In this document: positions 11,261 through 24,769 of the stretch, piece by piece
Numbering within the stretch: the stretch's first letter is position 1
How the letters are laid out: every line of letters starts with the position of its first letter
Assembly: GCF_006345805.1 (NCBI RefSeq)
Contig: NC_043001.1
Coordinates: 134,354,001-134,418,000, forward strand
Direction of reading: 5' to 3'
DNA length: 64,000 bases
Source: Octopus sinensis
Taxonomy: Eukaryota
Notes under the pieces: generated by a model
Told to the model about the DNA's origin: nothing
The model's input: only the letters and a program-made list of their open reading frames with translations
Database searches by the model: none
Position numbers and translations under genes: made by a program

Positions 11261-13183
11261 TTGAAAGTAATTTCCATGGGATTTGATTTCAACAGATTTG
11301 TCAATTATGGTGTCACCATTATTAACTACAAGTATCAACAGTTTTGCCTATTTAGTCAACTTGTCATTCATAAGGTTTAATTTAGATCATTATATCTCTA
11401 ATGAGGTCTCTCAGATTAATTTCACTTTTTTTTTTTTAAAGTGAAAATATAAATTATTTCATAACTAAATAGTAAGAAATAAAAGATGACTATTGCTCTC
11501 TGGGTACGATAAAATTATATATGTAAGCATTCATGTAGTAAAGAACATGGTGGCAATGGTGGTTGTAATAGTCTTTAAAGCAACAGATATTTGATGGGAG
11601 TTCTAGTTGTTTTATTATCAAGTCCACTAACTAAAAAGAGTGTTTGACTGGTCATAAAATAACTTTAGCTAAAACTTTCTGCCTGTAACAACAACAACAA
11701 TCATTAAGTTCTCGCTAATGATAATGAAACAACACAAATACTATCAGTCAGATTAGTGGAAGTCGTCAGATCTGTACTCACAGATTCCAAAAGCTACCAA
11801 TCAATTATTTATCTATGCCATCTCCTCCTCAACATATTATTTACAAGGATTACATGGAACATTTTCAAAGTTCAGACACAAAATCTGTACACTTGTAAGA
11901 AGAAAAGAAACCGAGACTAATTGTCTTTGTGGAAGAAAATAGAGAAAATTTGTGGCACTACTCTTATTAGAGAAAAATTTCAAAACTGCAAAAACATCAG
12001 TTTTCTTCTAAGTGCTTGAGAAGCTTAATATATAAATTAATATGAGATTAGATTACATACACACAGGCTTGCTTGATCAATAATGTGAATATAAAACATT
12101 CATTATACACTTTGGTCCTTCATAATCAGCTGTATTAGGCATTTCTCAGCTACATATATTGCATAAACAAAAATTATCAATACATGAAACTAATGAATAT
12201 CATTTCTATCATCCGATTAATTTAAGGAGCAATCAAATATGAAAAGTTGTTTCTTATAATCCTGTCCAAACAATTTTTAATTTCACCACTGTTACTATGT
12301 CAATTTACCACAGGCAAAAAATTTCTGAATAGTCAATTCCATTTTTTACCGAGTGGATTGGCTTTTCTATTTTTAAATTTCATTTATAACTTGCTGTCTC
12401 TAAATTAGGCACAATGCCAATAATTTTGAGAAGTTAATTACATTGACCCCCAGTACTAAATTGGTATTTTATTTTATTGACCCCAGATGGATGAAAGGCC
12501 AAGGTGACCTCAACAAGATCTGAATATAGAGCTGGACCAAATACCTCAAAGGCATCCTACCCATTGCTCTAACTTGCTAATCAATAATCTAGTATATAAT
12601 AAAATATCTAAGCACAGTAATAAAATCTATTTCAGCAAATAAGGTTGATATAAATTTTGAGTCAATTCATTTTAGAATGCTTACTTATATATAACGAAGA
12701 AAACAAAAAGTATATTCAGACATATTACAGGTACTATTATACTTGAAAAAATGTAAAACTTCTACATTAGTCTATGGTACAATAATTAGGATAATAAACA
12801 AGCTGCATTTGGAATTTGACACGAAAAAAGAAATAATACTAAATAGCAAGTACAGATAACTAATAGCAACAAGAACGAATGGATATTTTTGAATTATATT
12901 CAGTCAGTGATGAAATCAACTTCGCTATCAAATTTTTACCATTCCTTCACGTTTAAGCCATTTAAAAGTGTGCGCGTGCACACACACACACACACAACCA
13001 CCACCAACAACATTCACAAAATCTGTTGTGAACAAGTGAATACTAATAGTCTGAACAGAAGGCCTTCTTTGAAGAAACAACAAAGCGTATTGGAAGGCCT
13101 TTCAGTAATGTTCTTTATGAAAGGGAATTAGCTTAAATGTTAGAATTCATCTCAACAAATATTGACAATTCATAAATATTTAA

Positions 13184-13397
13184 CATGGTAGCATCCAGAT
13201 TATGTGTAAAATGAGTACTTATTTATTCACCTTGTTTTGAATTAATTATGCAGTATCTCATGGCTTTTTCAATGATGTGAGCATATATTTTTTTTTAAAT
13301 GACATTGTAGGGTAGTTACAAGAGGCTGGATATGGTTGGTTCAAACATAAAACAGGTATATTTGGGGCCAGATATGGCCAGTTTAAATGCTCAAGGA
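13184..13397. mobile_element. Degenerate TTAA-flanked MITE (same family as 47856 and 49105)
   Basis: Shares GACATTGTAGGGTAG and CAGATATGGCCAGTTTAAATGC with 47856-48068; TTAA on both sides; TIRs decayed. Confidence 0.6.
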
Positions 13398-13885
13398 TTA
13401 AACTGTCTTTTGCCAATGCAGACCAACACTAGTTTCCTCAATTAAGGTTTTTTTTTAAAATCTTAGTTACAATGGAACAGTTTTCAATAAAATACCTTCA
13501 AGACATCTATAATTTTTGCCATTTTACATACACAGCACTGAGTCCATATGCGTTATTTTACCAAGTAAAATAGCTCTTGGATTTTATATATTTCTCAGTA
13601 GGGCACTCTGGAAGCATTCTTAATACCTCCTAAAACAGAATTTTTTTCCAGTTATAAATAAAAGTATACATTTTATTCCCTTTGCTTATCCCAGGTTACT
13701 TTATATATTTACTCCTCATGGCCAATAAACTTCAACTTACAATATGATAAAAGAACAAGAATCTGTTATTACCAACAACAGCTAAAGAAACAGTTGTCAA
13801 AACATTCTATTCCACAAAGCAAACATCCAGATTTTCTTTATAAGGTATATTAAATGCACCTTTCATTTAATTTGTTCATATATAT

Positions 13886-14244
13886 CGGTGGCACGTAAAA
13901 AGCACCATCCGAACGTGGCTGATGCCAGCGCCACCTAGACTGGCTTCCGTGCCGGTGGCACGTACAAAAGCACCATCTGAACGTGGCCGATGCCAGCGCT
14001 GCCTGGCTTCCATGCCGGTGGCACGTAAATTGCACCAATCCAATTGTGGCCGTTTCCAGCCTCACCTGGCACATAAAAAGCACCCACTACACTCACGGAG
14101 TGGTTAGCGTTAGGAAGAGCATCCAGCTGTAGAAACACTGCCAGATCAGACAGGAGCCTGGTGCAGCCTTCTGGCTTCCCAGATACCCGGTCGAACCATC
14201 CAACCCATGCTAGCATGGAAAACGGATGTTAAACGATGATGATG
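13886..14244 (+). mobile_element. RTE 3' UTR fragment (family C) between (TA)n tracts
   Basis: Three GGTGGCACGT subrepeats plus a partial fourth, core and (GAT)n tail; flanked by ATATATA on both sides. Confidence 0.85.
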
Positions 14245-14873
14245 ATATATATAGTCGTCAAAGACCATATTCAGATGAATCACAGAATACTGCCAGTGAA
14301 TAAACACTTTTATATAAACGGTGCCTGAGCATGTGTATATACACACACACAAACATTAGTCATCCAATACGCTATTTATTGATCAAACACAAATTTTTAC
14401 TCAGTTGTGAAATCTACAACTTGGTCGTGTTAAATCACTTGCCAAATAAGAACATGGATATGATTTAAAGCCAACCATACAATGGCATCACACCAATATG
14501 AACCAACAGTGGCAATCCTCAGTGGCAATGTGAAGCCACCTACACAAAGAACACTACAGAGATTAGCAAAGAGAATCAAACAGTTACACACATATCATCA
14601 TTTAAACATTTATGGACAGATGTGCTTCCTGTCACTGACCTTCACCTTTTTCCAAGCAAGGCAATATTTTGCACTATTCCCAGAAACATTAACAGCTTCA
14701 TGGCTAGACAGGTTCTCACCAAAGATTGTAGAAAAATGGATTTGTTTTCTATGCAATGTGACTTTATTTACAACTAGTGTAAAAGCTGCACTCCATGCGA
14801 ACTCTTCAGCAAGCTCTTGCAGAGGGCTATTTGGGCCTGTGGCCCAAAATTAAAAAGAGCTAAACAGCTAAAT

Positions 14874-15285
14874 AGGCACAGGAGTGGCTGTGTGGTAAGT
14901 AGCTTGCTAACCAACCACATGGTTCCGGGTTCAGTCCCACTGTGTGGCATCTTGGGAAAGTGTCTTCTGCTATAGCCCCGGGCCGACCAATGCCTTGTGA
15001 GTGGATTTGGTAGACGGAAACTGAAAGAAGCCTGTCGTATATATGTATATATATGTATATGTATGTGTGTGTGTTTGGGTGTCTGTGTTTGTCCCCCTAG
15101 CATTGCTTGACAACCGATGCTGGTGTGTTTATGTCCCCGTTACTTAGCGGTTCGGCAAAAGAGACCGATAGAATAAGTACTGGGCTTACAAAGAATAAGC
15201 CCCGGGGTCGAGTTGCTCGATTAAAGGTGGTGCTCCAGCATGGCCGCAGTCAAAATGACTGAAACAAGTAAAAGAGAAAAGAGAG
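14874..15285 (+). mobile_element. tRNA-derived SINE, family A
   Basis: Full-length match to 614-1017. Confidence 0.88.
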
Positions 15286-15744
15286 CACGACTATAATACA
15301 TCTATAATGACTATATGCCCTAGTGGTGTTTGGTCAGAGGTTAAGGACAGATGAGAATTAATTCTGTAATCATTCTATTGTTCCTGTCCCAAGCTGAATT
15401 CCAACTGTTGGGCAATTTGTCCCAAAGTTCTTATCTCAATGTAAAATTAATGAAGTGAATGCCATTTATCTCCCGCTTGATCTCTGACGTCATCAGCCAA
15501 GCTTTCCCTGCTAGAAATGGCAACCCAAATGCTTGTAAATCTGATTCCAATTCTGGATGTTCAAGAACCAAATGAAGGGCAGATTTTCAATCCCAGGATC
15601 ATTCTGATTCCAAAAGGTGTATGTCTATGTAGAGCAAATGTAGACTGAGATACAGGAGTCCAGACGGACAGACATAGTTTGACCTTTTAATATAGTGTAA
15701 ATATTAAAAAGAGGAGATATAAAGAAAACCACACATATGCATAA

Positions 15745-15870
15745 CTGGCACTCTGTTGGTTACGACAACAAGGATTCCAGTTGATCCAATCAATAGAACA
15801 GCCCGCTCATGAAATTAACGTGCAAGTGGCTGAGCATCTACAGACGTGTACCCTTAACATAGTTCACAGT
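15745..15870 (-). mobile_element. Fragment of SINE-like family F
   Basis: Reverse complement of the 3' part of 48237-48557 (GAAATTAACGTGCAAGTGGCTGAGCA). Confidence 0.6.
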
Positions 15871-15952
15871 TGCTACCCATCATCATCTCTTTGGCCACCT
15901 GAGCAAATAAACAAGTCCTAGGTTATTGTATGCTCTCTATGCTTACACTCTT

Positions 15953-16182
15953 ATTTCTTTATTGCCCACAAGGGGCTAAACATAGAGGGGACAAACAAGG
16001 ACAGACAAAGGGATTAAGTCGATTATAACGACCCCAGTGCGTAACTGGTACTTAATTTATTGACTCCGAAAGGATGAAAGGCAAAGTCGACCTCAGCGGA
16101 ATTTGAACTCAGAACATAGTGGCTGACAAAATACCGCTAAGCATTTCACCTGGCGTGCTAACGTTTCTGCCAGCTCGCTCGC
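15953..16182 (-). mobile_element. SINE family B (Deu/Nin-like)
   Basis: Matches 3555-3783; 16-bp TSD CTATGCTTACACTCTT at 15937-15952 and 16183-16198. Confidence 0.9.
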
Positions 16183-16559
16183 CTATGCTTACACTCTTGT
16201 TTTCCCCACCTTTCAGTCATCAATTTGTAACATTTCTGCTACCATTGCCTTCTCTTCTATTCTCCTCTAACACGTCTTATGGTACAGAGTACTCTCTGCA
16301 TTTTGGTACCTTCAAGAAAATAATGAATATGGATTTTTGTGTAAACATTCATTGACCAAAAAATATTTTGTAATCATCATCATTGCTGTCCGTTTCTATA
16401 CTAGCATGGGCTGGACAGGTCAAAGTTCTCTCTTCTTCTGGGCTGGTGCCAGAACTACACTGCCAACACATCTACAGCAATTGGTGAATGAGACAACCTC
16501 TCTAGTGCTGGTATCATGAAAAAATGCACCCAGAACACACTGAGAAGTGGTTGGCAAAT

Positions 16560-16793
16560 TTTAAGGCGGCGAGCTGGCAGAAACGTTAGCACGCCGGGCG
16601 AAATGCTTAGCGGTATTTCGTCTACGTTACGTTGTGAGTTCAAATTCCGCCGAGGTCGACTTTGCCTTTCATCTTTTCAGGGTCAATAAATTAAGTAGCA
16701 GTTACGCACTGGGGTCGATGTAATCGACTTAATACCTATGTCTGTCCTGTTTGTCCCTTCTGTGTTTAGCCCCTTGTGGGTAGTAAAGAAATA
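16560..16793 (+). mobile_element. SINE family B (Deu/Nin-like)
   Basis: GCGGCGAGCTGGCAG head; 11-bp TSD GGTTGGCAAAT at 16549-16559 and 16794-16804; inserted in an old family C copy. Confidence 0.9.
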
Positions 16794-17829
16794 GGTTGGC
16801 AAATGAGCAGAGAAAGCAAAGTGTTGTGATGTCCCTTTAATTTTGTCTAAGAACTACTCAACCTCCCTAATAATGGTGCCATAAGAAAATGCACCTAGTA
16901 CATTATGTAAAACAGCTAGCATTTAGCTGTAGAAACCAAGTCAAATGACAAGAGCCGTAGTCTATAGAAGCAGCAGCTTCCAATGAAAAAATGATTCAGA
17001 CATAATGACCTGTCCAACCCAGACAGCAAATGATGATGATTACAAAATATCATTTTTAGGTCACTGACTGTTTACACAAAAATCCAAACATTATTTTCTT
17101 TTTAAAGATACCGAAACATAAAATACCATTTTTTTTTATCAATTCACCTGCAAAAGTCATTAATATCTCAAAATTTGATTAAAGTGAAAATTTTCTCTTT
17201 TTATGCTAATGAAAAAGCTGTTTACTAGCAAATGAAAAACAGCCTATGGTATTTCCCAGAAAAACTAACATCTCTGTGATAACATATTCATTAATTTACT
17301 ATTGTGCCAGTCCAATAATCAGATTTTAAAATAGAAGTTAGTTCACTTCTTATTTAGCTTGTCAGGTTTAAATGTAGGATTATTGTAAAACAGCTGATAA
17401 TGCAATTAGGAAATTGTGGGTAAGGTCTGCAATATTAGTTAGTTGCTAACTATACAACAATGATGCAAGTACGTTATTTTAATGGGCAGGGCATCATAGC
17501 ATATGACTGCTAGACACAGACTAAGCACTGCCCCAGACTATCTTTTCTACTCTTGATGGTCATCGTTTTAAATTACTTGCCAATATTATAAAATTATTAT
17601 GTTAATGACAGTTTTAAGGTTCAAATCTTATGGGCCTTTTAAGAGTTTCATAAATGCTAGCTACAAGATAAAAGTTATTTGAGGAAATGCAAATATTTCT
17701 TCTGTTCCCACAAAATCTAAACACACATACGCTCCTGTTGATAATCTCATTCTTTTGCATGATTTCTATATCAAGACTAACACAAAGCCATTATCAAAAT
17801 ATTGTTTCAACTGAATAGCTGTGAATAAC

Positions 17830-18145
17830 ATCATCATCATCGTTTAACATCCGTTCTCCATGCTAGCATGGGTTGGACGGTTCGACCGGGGATCTGGGAA
17901 GCCAGAAGGCTGCACCATGCTCCAGTCTTATCTGGCAATGTTTCTACAGCTGGATGCCCTTCCTAACGCCAACCACTCCGTGAGTGTAGTGGGTGCTTTT
18001 TACGTGCCACCTGCACAGGTGCCAGGCGAGGCTGGCAACGGCCACGGTCGGATTGGTGTATTTTACGTGCCACTGGCACGGAAGCCAGTCGAGGTGGCGC
18101 TGGCATCGGCCACGAGTCGGATAGTGCTTTTTACGTACCACCAGA
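17830..18145 (-). mobile_element. RTE 3' UTR fragment (family C)
   Basis: (CAT)n tail, core and subrepeats in reverse orientation. Confidence 0.85.
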
Positions 18146-18409
18146 CATGGGATCCTGGCTGGTTCAATTCGATTTCGATTAAAATAGAATTGAAAATTCC
18201 AATTTAGCAACTTTATTGAAATTTATAAAACTGTTTTTAATTTGTAGCTTTACCTAAGCAACTTTTTCTGAAAAATTTGAGCAATTGCTGAAGTTATTTT
18301 CAGTAACATTGACCAAAAGGTATAACAAAAGAGTCATCAACAATCGCTCCCAATATATTGCTATTTAAATCTTTAAGAAGAAACCCCAAATTAGTCTGCA
18401 AAATACATT

Positions 18410-18768
18410 TACTCTTTTACTCTTTTCAGTCATTTTGACTGCGGCCATGCTGGAGCACCGCCTTTAGTCGAGCAAATCGACCCCAGGACTTATTCTATCG
18501 GTCTCTTTTGCTGAACCGCTAAGTGACGGGGACGTGAACACACCAGCATCGGTTGTCAAGCAATGCTAGGGGGACAAACACAGACACACAAACACACATA
18601 TATACGACTGGGTTCTTTCAGTTTCCGTCTACCAAATCCACTCACAAGGCATTGGTCGGCCCGGGGCTATAGCAGAAGACACTTGCCCAAGATGCCACGC
18701 AGTGGGACTGAACCCGGAACCATGTGGTTGGTTAGCAAGCTACTTACCACACAGCCACTCCTGCGCCT
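18410..18768 (-). mobile_element. tRNA-derived SINE, family A
   Basis: Reverse complement of 614-1017 with a shorter internal microsatellite. Confidence 0.88.
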
Positions 18769-19487
18769 TTGTTTTACTCCTTTGTTTTTGTTATACCTTT
18801 TTTCCTTGTTAGCATAAATGGGATTTTGATCACTTTGCTCCATACTGCTTACCTTTAGTAGTTAAACCTAAGTCAGATTGAAGCTAAAACAGCTGTGTCC
18901 TACCCAGAGGCACAACAATGTCCGTGTTTCAATTCAAATTCACGACAAGGTCAGAAGTTTATTGATATAAACACCAATAAAAATATAAATACACTTAAAA
19001 ATATTTTAAGACATAGTACAAACAGAAAATGTTCACAAAAGTTTAGTTTTCATAAAAGTCTAAAAACAGAAAAATATTTCAAACATTAAAGCTTATAAAC
19101 CAACAATAAAATAAATACACTTGAGATTTCACAGAAAACTAATGTAGTAATCTAAATAAATACAAAAAAGACAATTCAAATCATCTAAATTTTGTCACTA
19201 ATAATTGCAACTGGAAGACTGGGAAAAAAATGTAGTTACAAGAAGAAATTTGATCTGTTTCAGACCATGTTCTCCTTTGAAGAAAGAGCAGTTGTCTTCA
19301 GTCTATGCATCATCTCACTCAGCCCAAAGAGAAAGTTTCTTCTCTCTGAAGGCTTAATCTGAAATGTTAGAACATACAACAACATAGGAACTTAAAACAA
19401 CTTCGTTACTTTATTAATAAAAGCAATTTTTGCTAGTTTCCCTGGCTTCTAGGTTTCTTTCATTTATATATATATATATATATATAT

Positions 19488-20045
19488 CATCATCATCATT
19501 TAACTGGATGCCCTTCCTAACGCCAACCACTCCATGAGTGTAGTGGGTGTTTTTTACATGCCACCGGCACAGGGCCATAGGAGGCTGGCAAATGGCCACG
19601 ATCGGTTGGTGCTTTTACGTGTCACCGACACGGACACCAGTCAGGCGGCGCTGGCATCTGTCACGTTCGGATGGTGCTTTTTACATTTCACCGGCACAGT
19701 GTCTTATATATATATACTGGCTTCCGTGCCGGTGGCACGTAAAAAGCACCATCCGAATCGTGGCCAAAGCCAGTGCCGCCTCGACTGGCTTCCGTGCCGG
19801 TGGCACGTAAAATGCACCAGTCCGACCGTGGCCGATGCCAGCCTTGCCTGGCACCAGTGCAGGTGGCACGTAAAAAGCACCCACTACACTCACGGAGTGG
19901 TTGGCGTTAGGAAGGGCATCCAGCTGTAGAAACATTGCCAGATAAGACCGGAGCCTGGTGCAGCCTTCTGGCTTCCCAGATCCCTGGTCGAACAGTCCAA
20001 CCCATGCTAGCATGGAGAACGGACGTTAAATGATGATGATGATGA
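19488..20045. mobile_element. Two family C copies in inverted head-to-head orientation (19488-19703 -, 19717-20045 +)
   Basis: Left copy starts (CAT)n with an internal deletion; right copy ends (GAT)n; separated and flanked by (TA)n. Confidence 0.8.
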
Positions 20046-20694
20046 TATATATATTCACACACACACACACACCTGTAGATGGCTAAGTTGATACAGTTAG
20101 ACCTACAACCAAAGGATCAGTTATTCATATACAATTATTGAAGTCATACTAAGTCTATGCTAAAAAACAAATGGCTCAGTTTACTCAACCATCTAAAGGT
20201 ACCAACAGTAAAATTAGTAATAATTTTACTTGCTTCTTTATATACTGAATTTTACTTTGCCAGACTATCTTCCCTAGATATATTACATGGACACAAAAGT
20301 CTTGTTCGGCACCTTTCACTAACTACTAAGTTGGTAATGAAGCACTATATTTGCTCTATCATGCTAACTTGAATTATTGAGGTAGAAATTATTATAAGCA
20401 TTGAATCTGTCATGGCATCACACATATACTTGTTACCATAGCTAGTTGATTTCACTGACCCCAGCGCTCTACCTATCAACAGTTATCACTATCATATATC
20501 ATCATGAGTTAATGCTCCTGTTTCACTGCTGGTATGTTGGACAATTTGATAGGAACAAATGAGTCAGAGGGCTGTACCAAACTCCAATGTCTGCTTCGGC
20601 ATGGTTTCTACAGCTAGATGCCTTTCTTAATACCAACCGTTTTACAGAGTGTACTCGGTGACACGAGCAGTGGTGAGGTCACCAAGTATTCACA

Positions 20695-20969
20695 TCATCA
20701 TCATCATCATTGTTCGAACCGTGGTCGAGACAATGGAATTTACCATGCTACGCCAGACTTCACGGTCCATCATGGCATTACGGAGGTCCTGTTGCTGGAT
20801 GCTTGTATCCCTGGAGATTACATCAGGGTAGGAGAGTGTGCGCCCTCTGGTATTGCGAGTAGATGGCTTCCAGAGGAGAAGAGTAGAAATTACTTCTTTT
20901 TCAGCTCTACAACAATGTCCAGCAAACTGGACTCTCCTACCTTTCACAAGGTAGGAGAGTCCAAAGAAA
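20695..20969 (-). mobile_element. 3' fragment of a second RTE-like LINE with (TGA)n tail
   Basis: Encodes ...QFAGHCCRAEKEVISTLLLWKP...RGRTLSYPDVISRDT...AMMDREVWR; 11-bp TSD AAGTATTCACA at 20684-20694 and 20970-20980. Confidence 0.75.
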
Positions 20970-23900
20970 AAGTATTCACAAGACAAGACTCCTGACTGAG
21001 TAGGGTATAATAATGAGGGATGTGAAAATATAATTAAGGGACAGGAACAAGTGTCCTGCTGAAGAGGTAAATACTCGGCTTCCCCCATCTGGAAAGAGAA
21101 AATAGGAATTGCGCATCAGATAAAATGTCTCAGTATTCGTTCAGCCATCTGCACTCTGAATTCAACTTTGTTTTACATTCCTTCAGCACCAATAGATGAA
21201 GTACCAACTGATACATCATCATCTTCCCACCCCTCTCTTTCTCCTTAAAAGAAATTGTCTGTAGTTAAGATCTGGAGAGGGATGGGCTTCACCAGGTTTA
21301 GGTATCACAAAACATATTGTCACAACCAGCATCGAGTGCTACAGTAGTGGAGTTCAGGAGCCTCAATTGCCCCGAAATATAATTTAATTATACAGTTAGA
21401 GAAGTCCACTGGCAGAATTATTAGTATTGGACAAAATGCCTTGTGGATATTTGTTCTTGCTTTTTATGTTGTGAGTTCAAATTCTACTGAAATCAACTTT
21501 ACCTTTCATCCCTCCAAGGTTGATAAATAAAATACTACTTGAGTACTAGGGTTGATTTAATTGATAAACCCTGCTCCTCCCAAATTTCAGGCCTTGTGTT
21601 ATATTTTGACTGGGTGGGGTTGGTGTACCCACTGGCTTGGTACAGCACCCAAGTTTGGAAGCATAAATATGTTGTATATGTATATATATCTATATACAAA
21701 AGATAACATGTATTTTATTTATGACATACATAAAACAAGAGATGTATTACAATTTATAGTAAGAGTTTATACGTCTTAACTTATAACATTATGCTCTACA
21801 ATACATGCTATAGTTTGCTCAGATCTTACGGCTCAACTGATTGCTGATTAGAAAACGATTTATCTCACAGAATCACATTAAAATCAGCATAGCAGAGGAT
21901 TTATTCCTCAGACGTTTCAACGACGAAAGCAATTCGGTCAGACAGATTTGTTGTCGGATATTAAAACATTTTTTTAAAACTAAACATCCTCTTCTAAAAG
22001 GTGAGGATTCTTTAAACCAAATTTATATCTGATTAAAAGTTTTATTCGTGCTACTTGAAAATTTGCTACAGAATATTAAAATCATTTCTACAACAAAACT
22101 GCAGTAATAAAAAATTAGTGAAAAACACTGATTTCACCCTGAATGAAGTCGAGACAGAATTTCTATTTTAAATCCAATTTTTTTTCCAAAGACTTGCCTA
22201 GAAACCTCTAGTCATACATTACATAATATAAAAAATAGATAAATATAGCTAAAATCAAATTAAGATGGTGGTAAAACAGTGAATAACATAGTAACCCAAT
22301 TTTAATCTTAAATTTCAGTCAGTTGAGAAGCTAAAAAGCCAACATTATGTAGATTATGTTCTTGGTATATTTTAATCGACAGCATAGTATCCAAAAAGAT
22401 GTTATAATGCTTAGGTTTTTTGTAACAAAATGTTCATTTCCAGATTCCCATATATCAGATTTTCATTTCTACAATTCTTAATCGTGCTTTCCCTATCGTT
22501 ATCATCATTATTATTATTATTATACGGGCAAGATACACTTTTAGAATTAAAAGTTAACAGAATATATTTGGGGAAAAAAAAAATTGAACACAATTTAAAA
22601 TTCTAGCGACTTCTTTTCGTTACTTTAGATTTAGCAACTTTGGAATAATTCTAACGTAAAGTTTAGAACTATTAAGTTAAACAGCAAATAAGCTATTTTC
22701 GACGAGGGTCCTCATTGTGCTGTCAAAACTGATACAAGAATTTCTCCTCATTCAAACAATGACGTTTTCTCTAGACTTCGTTACACACAGAGACTAATAA
22801 TAAACCAAAAGTAAACCATTTATTTTCTCTCAACAAGAATTCTTTTAAATATATATATATATATTAACCTATATAATTCCTATAATCAAAATTGTTTATT
22901 ATTGCTTCAGTAATTCATTTACGTTAAGTCAAGTTATTGATAAATTTTTAAAAAAATAAAAATAAAAGCAAATGTCAGAATAGTTGTACATTTAGATTTA
23001 ATGGAAATTTCCCTTTGAATCCGTACAAAAATTCATGAATTATATAACATCGACGGAGATCTAGAAGGAGAGAATTCATATCTAAAGAACAAAATGGAAA
23101 TGGTTAATTTTTTTCATTCTCTCCACAACGAAATAATTAATCCCTTTCAAATTATCCTTACAATAATTTTCGAACTCGGCAGCGATATTGAGAAAAATCT
23201 AAACACACACAAGTACCTAATAAATATATTAATAATCATTTCTTTAATCTAATAAAATTATATTTCATAAAATTTAATTTCTCCATTCACGATGTCTTAA
23301 TTAATATTAGAGGTGCTTTTAAATTAAGGAGACTTACCACTTCAAACATAGATCTCTGTCTTAATTAATACGGTTGCTTTTTAAAAAAAAAAAAAATTTT
23401 ACCTACAATCTAATAAATAGTAATAAATATTTGATGATTCAAGATGCAGTTATAATTATTGCAAGCAACGAATATTTAAAAGATTTCTAATTTTACAATA
23501 ATCATTTACATTTGGAAATTAACAAGTCGAGCATGTTTTAACTAGCTCTCATGGTACTCAGTATTTAAGGAAAATACTGACCCCTTCATCTCCCTAATTC
23601 ACTTATATCGCAACCCTTCTGGATTTTTACATACAAAAGAACTTCAAGTCATAGGTGCTAGCTTCTTGATCTCTAATTATAAATGTAGAAAATGGAGAAC
23701 TAAACACTGCCTGGGAGAGAGAGAGACAGACAGACAGTAAATATATATATATATATTATATATATATATATAAACACACACACACACACATACGTATATA
23801 TTTATGTACATACAAAGGCTTAGAATGACCATAAACAAGGTTAATAGAGTAGAGTAGATCATAAGCTATCGGTAGGAGAGACAAGATATTTAAAACAGCT

Positions 23901-24009
23901 GATTATATAAAACTGATCGTTGAAAGACGAGTTTTTTCACAATATGAAGAACGAAGTAGTGCTTTCAGAACAATAAAATGCATTAGAAATATATTCCAAC
24001 AAACACACA

Positions 24010-24298
24010 CGCACATATATATGTATGTATATATATATGTGTGTGTATATATATATATATGTATGTGTATATATATATGTATGTATGTGTATATATATAT
24101 GTATGTGTATATATATATATATGTATGTGTATATATATATGTATGTATGTGTATATATATATGTATGTATGTATGTGTGTATATATATATATATATATAC
24201 TAAGTAATTAAGGGTTTAGCAACGATTTGCCTCACCACACACCGAATTTAGAAATAGCAGTCAGAGTTATGGCTATTCTTTCTACATATATATATATA

Positions 24299-24341
<43 letters not shown>

Positions 24342-24365
24342 GTATATATATATACACACATATGT
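24010..24365. repeat. Compound (TA)n/(TG)n microsatellites
   Basis: Direct observation. Confidence 0.95.
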
Positions 24366-24570
24366 ATAGACGTTGAGAAATCTAAAACTTTTATTTTTTT
24401 TACAAGAGAAAAGATATTCTTTATGCGTATTTGCGTGGTTGGGGAATCGAAACTCCAAACAAAAACGGTTCTTCATAAAAAGAGAGACGAGAGAGATTAG
24501 ATTAGATTAAGAAAAGAAAAGGAATAATAATAATAATAATAAAAGAAAGCACTTAAATGTTTAGACATAC

Positions 24571-24769
24571 CTCGATACATCTGAGCAATAGCAGTGGCCG
24601 AATTCTGAAAAGCCGACCAAAGTTTCTGAGCAGCGTATTCTCTTTCTGTTTGCAATCTCTCCTCCATGTTGGGCTCAGCGTCCAATTCTTGGAGGCACTG
24701 ACTCTCGAAATTGTTCAGCCAGTTCTCTCCCAGCTGATCCGATTGCTGCTGGCCTTCGTCTTGAGCCAT
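24571..24769 (-). CDS. HAPSTR1: HUWE1-associated stress response protein (C16orf72/UPF0472 family), coding exon 1; the rest is not found in the window
   Basis: MAQDEGQQQSDQLGENWLNNFESQCLQELDAEPNMEERLQTEREYAAQKLWSAFQNSATAIAQMYR aligns with human HWFSKWERQCL...QQKLWHLFQNSATAVAQLYK; 199 nt ending at a phase-1 donor G|GTATGT. Confidence 0.88.

Noticed and set aside
13058-13101. Twin GAAGGCCTT(C) mini-palindromes
   Set aside because: Too short to exceed chance expectation.
23338-23359. Possible 22-nt HAPSTR1 exon 2 (DRDLCLKW, GTAAGT donor)
   Set aside because: Weak acceptor and no match to the expected LW.PFQNAA motif; probably chance.
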